From Flavobacteriia bacterium (GTDB lineage Bacteria > Bacteroidota > Bacteroidia > Flavobacteriales_D > Crocinitomicaceae), in NCBI GenBank assembly GCA_947490145.1, contig CANLGD010000009.1, forward strand, positions 337-64,336: a DNA stretch of 64,000 bases, read 5' to 3'. Positions 49,595 through 58,515 of this stretch are shown here, piece after piece. A program made the position numbers and the translations under genes. Under the pieces are notes generated by a model that was given only the letters and a program-made list of their open reading frames with translations, did no database searches and was not told where the DNA came from. Numbering within the stretch: position 1 is the stretch's first letter; each line of letters opens with the position of its first letter.

Positions 49595-50473
49595 ATGTTA
49601 AGTGTACAATCAGTTCAAGCATTAATTCATTTGGTCGATGATCCAAACGATCAAGTATTTGAGCATGTACGATGTCAGTTAAAATCTTACGGAAAAGACG
49701 CGATTCCATATTTAGAATATTCTTGGGGAAGCGAGGATTTTGGTTTATTATTTCAGAATCGGATTGAAACTATCATTCACGAAATTCAATTTGAAGAAAG
49801 TAAATCTGATTTGCTTTTATGGAGAAATTCAAAGGAAAAGGATTTATTACAAGCTGCAATTATAATAGTGAAATTTCAATATCCAGGAATTAATATTGAA
49901 TTTATTTACCAGGAAATTGAAAAAATCAGAAAGTCAATTTGGCTAGAAATAAATGAAAATCAAACAGCTTTTGAAAAAATAAATGTTTTCAATAAGGTTT
50001 TTTACGATCTCTATCATTTTAAAGGAAGTACGCAAACTTTTCATTCTCCACTCAATTCATTTTTGAATACTGTATTAGAAACAAAAAAAGGAAATCCCTT
50101 AACGTTAAGTCTTATTTATAGTGTAATAGCTCAAAAATTAGAGATACCTGTTTTTGGAGTAAATTTACCTAACCATTTTGTTTTGTGTTACATGGACGAA
50201 AATCAAGTTCATTCAATGTTGGAAGATAAAAGTAAATATGGCGTCCTTTTTTACATTAATACGTATTCTAAGGGGAAAATCTTTTATGAAAATGACATTG
50301 TTCAATTCCTAGCTCAACTTAAAATCACACCTGAAAGAAATCACTTTGAACCTTGCTCCAATTCAATCATTATTCAACGAATGTTAACGAATTTAATCGC
50401 CTCTTTTCAGCAAGTTGGAAATTTAGAAAAAGTAGAAGAATTAATTGAGTTAAGAAATATATTCAATTGTTAA
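49595..50473 (+). CDS. Transglutaminase-like / SirB1-family protein
   Basis: The segment NSFLNTVLETKKGNPLTLSLIYSVIAQKLEIPVFGVNLPNHFVL is typical of COG2912-type proteins. I prefer the ATG at 49595 to the TTG at 49577 used by the track. Confidence 0.6.
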   Translation: MLSVQSVQALIHLVDDPNDQVFEHVRCQLKSYGKDAIPYLEYSWGSEDFGLLFQNRIETIIHEIQFEESKSDLLLWRNSKEKDLLQAAIIIVKFQYPGINIEFIYQEIEKIRKSIWLEINENQTAFEKINVFNKVFYDLYHFKGSTQTFHSPLNSFLNTVLETKKGNPLTLSLIYSVIAQKLEIPVFGVNLPNHFVLCYMDENQVHSMLEDKSKYGVLFYINTYSKGKIFYENDIVQFLAQLKITPERNHFEPCSNSIIIQRMLTNLIASFQQVGNLEKVEELIELRNIFNC

Positions 50474-50550
50474 AATGTCTGATATTAATTTTTAGAAACT
50501 TTTAACAAGATTGAATTTCATTCTTGCAAAGAAAATATTAACTTTGCGAC

Positions 50551-51345
50551 ATGAAAATTATTTTTTATCTTTCTTTCTTTATTATAATTATCACTTCTTG
50601 CTCAGAATACAATCGGGTTTTAAAGGGTGACGACTATACGAAAAAATTCAATTTAGCAAATGATTTATATGAGAGAGAAAAATATTCTCAATCAATAGCC
50701 TTATTTGAGCAAGTTTACCAGCGTCTTCCTAAAGCAAGCGAAGGAGAAGTTTCTTATTTTAGAATCGGTAAAGCCTATTACGAAATTGAAGATTATTACA
50801 TGGGAAGTTATTTCTTAGGATCTTTTTTTGATAAATATCCGATGAGTAAAAAAGTCGAAGAAGCATTTTTTTTAAAAACAATATGTAGTGTTAAAAATTC
50901 TCCAAGTAAAAGTTTAGATCAGCAAGAAACAGAAATTGCTCTAAATGATGTTCAGCAATTTATATATTTATTTCCAAGCTCACAAAGAATTGATACTTGT
51001 AATATTATAATTGACCAACTTCGCTCAAAACTGGAAGAAAAAGAATTAGACAATATAAAAATCTATTCTAAAACATTAAACTATAAATCTGCAGTTACAA
51101 CTGCTGAAACTTTCTTAAATGATTTTCCAAAGTCAATACATCGAGAAGAAGTAACTTATATCAAAATTAAAAATTCTTATTTTCTAGCAAAAAATAGCAT
51201 TGATAATAAAAAAAAGGAACGAATTGAGAAAACTATTGAAACTTATCGTACCTTTGTAATCCAATTTCCCGATAATAAGTACACAAATGAATTGGAATCG
51301 TTGAACAAAAGTCTACTTCAACTATTAGAAGAAGAAAAAAAATAA
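50551..51345 (+). CDS. bamD: Outer membrane protein assembly factor BamD
   Basis: 264 aa. Lipobox IITSC, TPR-like N-terminus (YTKKFNLANDLYEREKYSQSIALFEQV) and conserved position upstream of rpoZ-coaBC. Confidence 0.75.
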   Translation: MKIIFYLSFFIIIITSCSEYNRVLKGDDYTKKFNLANDLYEREKYSQSIALFEQVYQRLPKASEGEVSYFRIGKAYYEIEDYYMGSYFLGSFFDKYPMSKKVEEAFFLKTICSVKNSPSKSLDQQETEIALNDVQQFIYLFPSSQRIDTCNIIIDQLRSKLEEKELDNIKIYSKTLNYKSAVTTAETFLNDFPKSIHREEVTYIKIKNSYFLAKNSIDNKKKERIEKTIETYRTFVIQFPDNKYTNELESLNKSLLQLLEEEKK

Positions 51346-51398
51346 GTCCTTAATGTTCTTGAAACTAGAACTATACATTAAATTAAAAATTGAATAAG

Positions 51399-51734
51399 AT
51401 GGCAATTAATTTTAAAAGTATCGATGCTGAGCGTTCTACAATCACACGTGACACAATTAAATTTGAAGAAAAAACAGGTAACATTTACGAAGCAATTGTT
51501 GCAATGTCAAAACGTTCAAATCAAATTTCTTCAGAATTAAAAGAAGAATTAACGGGTAAATTGCAAGAATTTGCTTCATCAACAGATAATTTAGAAGAAG
51601 TTTTTGAAAATAGAGAACAAATTGAAATTTCTAAATTTTACGAAAAACTTCCTAAGTCAGTTGCTATATCTATGGCTGAAATGTTGGATGATAGACTTTA
51701 TATTCGTAAAATCGAAACTGAAGATAATAAATAA
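51399..51734 (+). CDS. rpoZ: DNA-directed RNA polymerase subunit omega
   Basis: The NIYEAIVAMSKRSNQI core matches the omega motif. I prefer the ATG at 51399 to the TTG at 51390. Confidence 0.7.
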   Translation: MAINFKSIDAERSTITRDTIKFEEKTGNIYEAIVAMSKRSNQISSELKEELTGKLQEFASSTDNLEEVFENREQIEISKFYEKLPKSVAISMAEMLDDRLYIRKIETEDNK

Positions 51735-51808
51735 AATTTAAAAAATAATATGCCTACAAAAACGAAAGCCTTTTGTCTTAAGTCTTGTAGTCTAAAGTCT
51801 ATATTGAA

Positions 51809-53005
51809 ATGAAAGGAAAACGCATCCTTCTGGGTATAACTGGAGGTATTGCAGCATATAAAATTGCTTTTCTAATTCGTTTATTAAAGAAAAAGGAGGC
51901 AGAAGTCAGATGTATAATGACTCCTGCCTCTTGTGATTTTATAGCTCCACTAACAATTGCTACTTTATCTGAAAATCCTGTTTACATTGATTTTTGGAAT
52001 CATAAAAATGGAGAATGGACAAATCACGTTGAATTAGGCATGTGGGGAGATATTTTTCTAATTGCTCCGTTAACCGCAAATTCTTTAGCAAAAATAAGCA
52101 ATGGCTTTTGTGATAATTTACTCTCTGCTACCTATTTATCTGCAAAGTGTCCAGTAATTGTTGCTCCAGCAATGGATTTAGACATGTATTCCCATGAAAC
52201 GACAGATTCAAACCTTAAAATCATAGAGAATCGAGGGAATTTCGTCATTCCTGCAGAATTTGGTGAGTTAGCAAGTGGTTTAGTCGGACAAGGTAGATTA
52301 GCTGAACCAGAGACAATCGTAACTTTTTTAGAAGATTATTTTTCAAATGAAAATTCTTTTTCAGAAAAAACAGTTTTAATTACGGCTGGACCAACACAGG
52401 AAAAAATAGATCCTGTGCGTTTTATTGGAAACAATTCATCTGGAAAAATGGGATTTAGAATTGCAGATGAATTTTTATCTCGCGGCGCAAAAGTTATTTT
52501 GATTTCAGGACCAACAAACGAAAAATTACATCATCCCAATTTAACACTTTTTGAAATTGAATCTGCACAAGAAATGCTAGAAAAAGTTCAAATGAATTGG
52601 AAAAACTGTGAAATAGGCGTTTTTGCTGCAGCAGTTGCAGATTATCGTCCAAAAAACGTGGAAAGTCAGAAAATCAAAAAAAAGGAAGAAGAATTAACAA
52701 TTACCTTGATTAAAAATCCTGATGTTTTAGCATGGGCTGGGAAAAATAAAACTGAAAAACAATTTTTAGTAGGATTTTCCCTTGAAACAAATAATGCTTT
52801 TGAACATGCAAAATCAAAATTAATTAATAAAAATTTAGATTTAATTGTCTTAAATACATTGGAAGATGAAGGAGCTGGATTTAAAAATGAAACAAATCGC
52901 ATTCATTTGATTGATAAAAACAATAAAATTACTAGTTTTGAGTTAAAAAGTAAATCACTTGTAGCAAAAGACATAATTGACTGTATCAAGGATTCAATTT
53001 TATAA
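51809..53005 (+). CDS. coaBC: Bifunctional phosphopantothenoylcysteine decarboxylase / phosphopantothenate-cysteine ligase
   Basis: 398 aa. GKRILLGITGGIAAYK, PAMDLDMY, ITAGPTQEKIDPVRFIGNNSSGKMG. Confidence 0.95.
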   Translation: MKGKRILLGITGGIAAYKIAFLIRLLKKKEAEVRCIMTPASCDFIAPLTIATLSENPVYIDFWNHKNGEWTNHVELGMWGDIFLIAPLTANSLAKISNGFCDNLLSATYLSAKCPVIVAPAMDLDMYSHETTDSNLKIIENRGNFVIPAEFGELASGLVGQGRLAEPETIVTFLEDYFSNENSFSEKTVLITAGPTQEKIDPVRFIGNNSSGKMGFRIADEFLSRGAKVILISGPTNEKLHHPNLTLFEIESAQEMLEKVQMNWKNCEIGVFAAAVADYRPKNVESQKIKKKEEELTITLIKNPDVLAWAGKNKTEKQFLVGFSLETNNAFEHAKSKLINKNLDLIVLNTLEDEGAGFKNETNRIHLIDKNNKITSFELKSKSLVAKDIIDCIKDSIL

Positions 53006-53050
53006 AAATTAAAATTAACGCATTTTAGATTAAGTTTTAAAAAAATCAAC

Positions 53051-53965
53051 ATGAAATTAAAAATCATATTTTTCTCTGTATTAATTAATTGCTATATTTC
53101 AGCTTTTGCTTTTGGCCAAGAATTGAATTGTCAAGTTACCGTGGTAGTTGACAATCAAATCCCTTTAACTTCAATTGAAAAAGAAGTTTTTGACATTTTG
53201 AAACAAACTGTTTATGAAATGATGAATAACACAAAGTGGACGAAAGAAAAATATAAATTAGAAGAGCGAATTAATTGTAACATTCAAATTCAAATTTCTT
53301 CCATCCCATCAAGTGGCACTTATGTTGGCTCAATTCAAGTGCAATCAACTCGTCCAGCTTTTAACAGTTCTTACAACTCGACTATTTTAAATTATCAAGA
53401 TGATAATCTGAGTTTTGCTTTTACTCGAAATTCAATTTTAATATATTCTCCAAATCAATATAGAGATGAATTGACATCGATATTGGCATTTTATGCGTAT
53501 TATATTATTGGAATGGATGCTGATTCATTTTCAGCTCAAGGCGGTACGCAATATTTCACTGAAGCGCAACAAATTGTTTCTTTAGCTCAATCTTCTGGTA
53601 GTCCTGGTTGGGCAAGTAATGATACCAAAAAAAGAAACCGTTTTTATTTAGTTGATAATATTTTACAACAATTATTTGAACCTTTAAGAGCATGTAACTA
53701 TCAATATCATAGAAAGGGGATTGATTTGCTATACGAGGATCAAGTTAAAGCAAAAGCAAATATGTATCAAGCACTAAGTTTGTTAAACAAGGTTGTTTCA
53801 ACTCGCCCAAATTCAATCAACTTACTGAATTTTGTGCAAGCAAAACAAATTGAAATTAAAAATGTCTTTGCTGAGGCCGAACAAACGGAAAAAAATGAGA
53901 TTGTAAATCTTTTAAAGAAAATAGATCCTGCTAATTCAAGCAAATATCAAGAGATATTAGAATAA
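53051..53965 (+). CDS. DUF4835-family protein
   Basis: 304 aa with a signal peptide. It occupies the conserved position between coaBC and recN seen in Flavobacteriia. The family is assigned from memory of this synteny. Confidence 0.5.
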   Translation: MKLKIIFFSVLINCYISAFAFGQELNCQVTVVVDNQIPLTSIEKEVFDILKQTVYEMMNNTKWTKEKYKLEERINCNIQIQISSIPSSGTYVGSIQVQSTRPAFNSSYNSTILNYQDDNLSFAFTRNSILIYSPNQYRDELTSILAFYAYYIIGMDADSFSAQGGTQYFTEAQQIVSLAQSSGSPGWASNDTKKRNRFYLVDNILQQLFEPLRACNYQYHRKGIDLLYEDQVKAKANMYQALSLLNKVVSTRPNSINLLNFVQAKQIEIKNVFAEAEQTEKNEIVNLLKKIDPANSSKYQEILE

Positions 53966-53981
53966 ATAAAAATTAAATAAA

Positions 53982-55631
53982 ATGCTTCGCTCCTTAAACA
54001 TTCAAAATTTTGCTTTAATTTCAAAATTACATTTAAACTTTGAGGAAGGATTTACTGTCTTTACTGGTGAAACGGGCTCTGGAAAATCTATTTTACTTGG
54101 AGCTTTGAACCTAATTTTAGGCGAAAGAGCAGATTATTCTGTCATTAGAGATGAAAACCAAAAAACAATTGTTGAAGCTGTTTTTAAAATCAAAGAATAC
54201 AAACTTGAACAATTTTTCTCTGAAAATGATTTAGATTTTTCTGAAGAAGTAATCATTCGTCGTGAAATTACACACCAAGGAAAATCAAGGGCTTTCATCA
54301 ATGATTCGCCTGTTCAATTAGCCATTTTGAAAGAATTTTCTGAAAAATTAATTCACATTCATTCGCAACACCATACTTTAGAACTAAAAAGTGAAGCTTT
54401 TCAATTGGATATATTGGATTATTTAGCTGAAACAATTGAATTGCGAAAAAACTTTAAACTTGATTTTCAAGAGTATAAAAATTTAAATAAACTTATTTCA
54501 GATAAAAAAAGTCAACTTTCAAAGGCTTTATTGGAAGAAGATTATGTAAATTTTCAACTTGTTGAATTGGAGAAATTAAATATTGACAAACTTGCTTATG
54601 CCGATTTAGAAACTGAATTAGAACAAATGGATCATTTGGATAGCATAAAAGATAGTTTTTCGACAGTTTTTAAAGCAATTTCAGAAGAAAATCAAATTAT
54701 AGACAAACTTTCTATGGTGAAAAGTTCACTTGAAAAGAATAAAAATTTACATCCTGAATTGAATTCATTTTCTGAAAGAATTAAAAGTATTTCGCTTGAA
54801 TTGAAAGATATTTCTGCAGAATCAGAAGATTTATTAGAAAGTTTACAAGCAAGTCCAGCGCGAAAATTTGAATTAGAAAATCTTTTATCTGCTTACAACT
54901 CTGCTTTGATAAAACACAATTGTAAAAATCAAGAAGCACTTTTAGCTATTTACAAGGATTTTCGTTTAAATGAATCTTATGCTTCAGATTTAAAAAATGA
55001 AATCGAATCTTTGGAGAAAAAATTGACTAGTTCATCTAAAATTATTTCTGAAAAAGGAGAAAAATTACATCATCTTAGAACAAAATCAAGCGTAGAAATT
55101 ACTAAAGGATTGACGGAAATTTTAGTTGATTTAAAAATGGAAAAATCTGTTGTACTTTTTGATATTTCGAAATTGGAAGTACCAACAGAAACTGGTTTCT
55201 CAAAAATTACCTTAAATTTTAGTCCAAACAGTGGAATTGCCCCAAAACCAATTGACAAAGTTGCCAGTGGTGGAGAATTATCACGTTTTATGTTGGCAGT
55301 TCAATTATTAATGTCCCACAAAAAAATGCTTCCAACCCTTATTTTTGACGAAATCGATACCGGAGTTTCTGGAGAAGTTGCCCAAAAAATTGGTGAATTA
55401 TTGCGAAAAATGGGTTCAACTTTGCAAGTTATGGCAATTACACATTTACCACAAGTTGCAGCAAAAGGCTCATCTCATTTTAAAGTAACAAAATCTGATG
55501 CCAAAGGAAAAACTGAAACTGATGTAATTTCATTAAATTTAGACGAAAGAGCAGTTGAAATTGCGCGATTGATGAGTGGAGAAACAATCAATGAATCTGC
55601 GATTTTGAACGCAAAGGAATTGATGAACTAA
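53982..55631 (+). CDS. recN: DNA repair protein RecN
   Basis: 549 aa. FTVFTGETGSGKSILLGALNLILGERAD, a coiled-coil middle, SGGELSRFMLAVQ, LIFDEIDTGVSG. Confidence 0.95.
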   Translation: MLRSLNIQNFALISKLHLNFEEGFTVFTGETGSGKSILLGALNLILGERADYSVIRDENQKTIVEAVFKIKEYKLEQFFSENDLDFSEEVIIRREITHQGKSRAFINDSPVQLAILKEFSEKLIHIHSQHHTLELKSEAFQLDILDYLAETIELRKNFKLDFQEYKNLNKLISDKKSQLSKALLEEDYVNFQLVELEKLNIDKLAYADLETELEQMDHLDSIKDSFSTVFKAISEENQIIDKLSMVKSSLEKNKNLHPELNSFSERIKSISLELKDISAESEDLLESLQASPARKFELENLLSAYNSALIKHNCKNQEALLAIYKDFRLNESYASDLKNEIESLEKKLTSSSKIISEKGEKLHHLRTKSSVEITKGLTEILVDLKMEKSVVLFDISKLEVPTETGFSKITLNFSPNSGIAPKPIDKVASGGELSRFMLAVQLLMSHKKMLPTLIFDEIDTGVSGEVAQKIGELLRKMGSTLQVMAITHLPQVAAKGSSHFKVTKSDAKGKTETDVISLNLDERAVEIARLMSGETINESAILNAKELMN

Positions 55632-55748
55632 TCCGCCAAGGCTGGGACAAAAGACTTGAAGATCAGCCATTGCTGAACGAAAGACTTTATTCTGATTTAA
55701 AATTTGAATTTTATTGTTTCAATTTAAATAATTTCATAACTTTATCTT

Positions 55749-55994
55749 ATGGAAAAGCGAAAGAAGAAAAGCGACAGCTTTGATAAATTGAACGATAGTT
55801 CAATGAAAAATAGTTCAATGAAAGATGAGAATAAACCAAAAAATTCAAAATTAGAATTAAATCAATCAGAGTTAAAAGTCACTCAAATTACAATGCAAGA
55901 AATTTGGGCTGCGACAAAACCGATTGTTCATAAAAGTAAGAAAACATATACTCGAAAAGGCAAAAAAGACGATACTAAGTTGGATGATATTTGA
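55749..55994 (+). CDS. Small Lys-rich hypothetical protein
   Basis: 81-aa low-complexity basic ORF. Its coding status is uncertain. Confidence 0.3.
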   Translation: MEKRKKKSDSFDKLNDSSMKNSSMKDENKPKNSKLELNQSELKVTQITMQEIWAATKPIVHKSKKTYTRKGKKDDTKLDDI

Positions 55995-56124
55995 TCTTTT
56001 CGAGTTTTAACACTAAAAAAGTAGAACCAATCTTTTATAAAATAGAAAACATCCAATTCCATGTTTTTTATTTGCAAATCAACCTTATCTGAGGTCAAAA
56101 AAACTTGCTTTAAATTGTCAAATT

Positions 56125-56904
56125 TTATACAATTCCCAAAATCATCAACAAACCAAAAAACACTAAGCAGATAGAAATTATCTTTTGTAAAATTCCAATG
56201 GTGATTTTCTTTAAAAGTTGATTTCCAATGTTTACACCAATTATTGCCCCTAGTATACCGGCAATTATATACCATTTTGTTGAAGAAGAAAAAATCTCTA
56301 AAAATGAAAATAAATTGATGTAAACAATGATTCTAAGAATATCAATTCCCAAAGAAATAGAATTTGATGTTGCAACTAATTGTTCTTTCGATAAATTAGT
56401 TTTCTTCAAAAATAAAGACCTCAAAGCTCCTTGGTGTCCAGAAATTCCACCAAAAAAACCAGATAAAAAACCACCTAAAATCAAATGTTTGGAGCTGAAA
56501 GCTAAATTTTTGAACTTTTTATTTGCTTCAAGCAAGGTAAAACCTATTATTAAAAGTCCTACAATAAAATTTACTCCACTAACCGTTATTTCTTTTTCAC
56601 CAAAAAATGAATAAGTATATAAATTTTTAAATGCTGAAAAATAGAATAATAATTCGGAACCAATAAAAGCAGCAATTACAGCTGGAATTCCAAATTTTAA
56701 TAGAATTGGAAAATGAATATTTTTATAAACAACAACAAACTTTACAACCGAATTAGAGAAATGAACAAAGGCTGTTGCAGGAATTGCAATTTCTAAGGGA
56801 AAAATGACTAAAAATACAGGCAATAAAATCGTTCCTAATCCAAAGCCAGAGAAAAAGGTTAGTGCTGAACCTAAAAGTGTGATAAAAAAAATAAGAATTA
56901 ACAT
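56125..56904 (-). CDS. TauE/SafE-family anion exporter
   Basis: 259 aa with about 8 TM segments and two-fold internal symmetry with Gly-rich segments (FFSGFGLGT; FFGGISGHQGALRS). Confidence 0.7.
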   Translation of the reverse strand: MLILIFFITLLGSALTFFSGFGLGTILLPVFLVIFPLEIAIPATAFVHFSNSVVKFVVVYKNIHFPILLKFGIPAVIAAFIGSELLFYFSAFKNLYTYSFFGEKEITVSGVNFIVGLLIIGFTLLEANKKFKNLAFSSKHLILGGFLSGFFGGISGHQGALRSLFLKKTNLSKEQLVATSNSISLGIDILRIIVYINLFSFLEIFSSSTKWYIIAGILGAIIGVNIGNQLLKKITIGILQKIISICLVFFGLLMILGIV

Positions 56905-57034
56905 TGTATAGACTTACATATTCCTCAAATTTAATGATTAAATTTCCTAAAAATCGTTAATTTTTCAATTAATTTATTTACCGTGGTAAATAAATTAAAA
57001 ATTATATATACATTTGTAATATAAAAATATAATT

Positions 57035-57760
57035 ATGGACACAATTTTTCACGAAGCGGACTCAAGAGGTGCAGCAAATCATGGCTGGCTAGAAGCAAAA
57101 TATTCATTTAGTTTTGCTAATTATTATAATCCACAAAGAATGAATTTTGGAGTTTTACGTGTTTTAAATGACGATAAAGTTGCTGGAGGAAATGGATTTG
57201 GGACACATCCGCACGACAATATGGAAATTATTACGATTCCCTTGGAAGGAGCTTTGGCTCATAAAGACGATATGGGAAATGGAACAACTATTCAATCTGG
57301 AGATGTACAAGTAATGAGTGCTGGAACTGGAATTTTACACAGTGAATTTAATGCCAATGAAAATAATCCATGTAAATTATTACAAATTTGGGTTTTCCCT
57401 GACAAAAAAAATGTTGAGCCACGCTATCAGCAAATCACTTTGGAAAAGGAAAAAATGAAAAATAATTTCTTGCAAATTTTATCGCCAAAAAAAGAAGACG
57501 AAGGAGTTTGGATTCATCAAAATGCTTGGTTTCATTTGGGAGAATTTGATGAAAATCTAGAATTTTCATACAAAATAAAAGACCCAAAAAATGGCCTATA
57601 TGTATTTCTAATTTCTGGAAAAATTGCAGCAAATAACCAAGAACTTGAACAAAAAGATGCGTTTGGTGTTTGGAATACAGATAAATCGTCTGATATCATA
57701 AATTTTAAAACACACGAATTTTCAAAAATACTCCTTTTGGAGGTTCCAATGGGAGTTTAA
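57035..57760 (+). CDS. Pirin-family protein
   Basis: 241 aa. GFGTHPHDNMEIITIPLEG, VQVMSAGTGILHSEFN. Confidence 0.9.
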   Translation: MDTIFHEADSRGAANHGWLEAKYSFSFANYYNPQRMNFGVLRVLNDDKVAGGNGFGTHPHDNMEIITIPLEGALAHKDDMGNGTTIQSGDVQVMSAGTGILHSEFNANENNPCKLLQIWVFPDKKNVEPRYQQITLEKEKMKNNFLQILSPKKEDEGVWIHQNAWFHLGEFDENLEFSYKIKDPKNGLYVFLISGKIAANNQELEQKDAFGVWNTDKSSDIINFKTHEFSKILLLEVPMGV

Positions 57761-57776
57761 AATGATTATAAATTAG

Positions 57777-57798
57777 CAGAATACAGTTTTGTATTCTG
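57777..57798 (+). terminator. Hairpin after the pirin gene
   Basis: CAGAATACA (57777-57785), loop GTTT, TGTATTCTG (57790-57798). There is no immediate T-run. Confidence 0.4.
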
Positions 57799-57844
57799 AA
57801 AAATTATTTTTTATAAATTAACAAGACTAAAATTAAATTAAAAA

Positions 57845-58474
57845 ATGAATCAAATAATTAAAGACTTAAACTGGCGTTATGCCGTAAAAAAATACGATTC
57901 TTCTAAAAAAATTGAAGAACAAGATTTAGCAATTTTAAAAGAGACAATTAGTTTGTCGCCCTCTTCGATGGGCTTGCAAGCATACAAAGTGTTGGTAATT
58001 GAAAATCCAGAAATACGTTCTAAACTGCAAGAAAAATCTTTTGGACAAACACAAGTAACTGAAGCCTCTCACTTATTTGTATTTTGTGGTTTTACAGAAA
58101 TCACCGAGGATTATATAAACTTAATGGTCGAAAAAACCGCAGAAACAAGAAATCAAACACTTTCTGAGTTAGAAGGATTTAAAAATTTCTTGGGAAGCAA
58201 AATGACAATGGATTCAGATAAATTAGAAATTTGGACTGCAAAACAAACTTATATTGCACTAGGACATTTGATGCAAACTGCTGCTCAATTGCGCATTGAT
58301 TCAACTCCGATGGAAGGTTTTGATCCACATGGATATGATGAAGTTTTAAATCTTTCAGAAAAAGGGTTGAAAGCAAACCTAGTTTGTACACTTGGTTTTA
58401 GAGCAGAAGACGATATATATCAGCACATGCAAAAAGTGAGAAAAAATCACACAGATTTGTTTGAGTTGGTTTAA
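57845..58474 (+). CDS. Nitroreductase-family NAD(P)H oxidoreductase
   Basis: 209 aa. RYAVKKYD, SLSPSSMGLQAYKVLVIENPE, DSTPMEGFD. Confidence 0.85.
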   Translation: MNQIIKDLNWRYAVKKYDSSKKIEEQDLAILKETISLSPSSMGLQAYKVLVIENPEIRSKLQEKSFGQTQVTEASHLFVFCGFTEITEDYINLMVEKTAETRNQTLSELEGFKNFLGSKMTMDSDKLEIWTAKQTYIALGHLMQTAAQLRIDSTPMEGFDPHGYDEVLNLSEKGLKANLVCTLGFRAEDDIYQHMQKVRKNHTDLFELV

Positions 58475-58476
58475 AA

Positions 58477-58512
58477 ATAAAAGCTGTTTAGAAAAATCTA
58501 AACAGCTTTTAT
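58477..58512. terminator. Bidirectional intrinsic terminator between convergent genes
   Basis: ATAAAAGCTGTTTAG (58477-58491), loop AAAAAT, CTAAACAGCTTTTAT (58498-58512). Perfect 15-bp stem flanked by A/T runs. Confidence 0.75.
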
Positions 58513-58515
58513 TTT

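Noticed and set aside
55928-56275. 115-aa (-) ORF overlapping the TauE-family gene end and the small basic ORF
   Set aside because: It overlaps two other predictions, has no motifs, and the TauE-family ORF explains the region.
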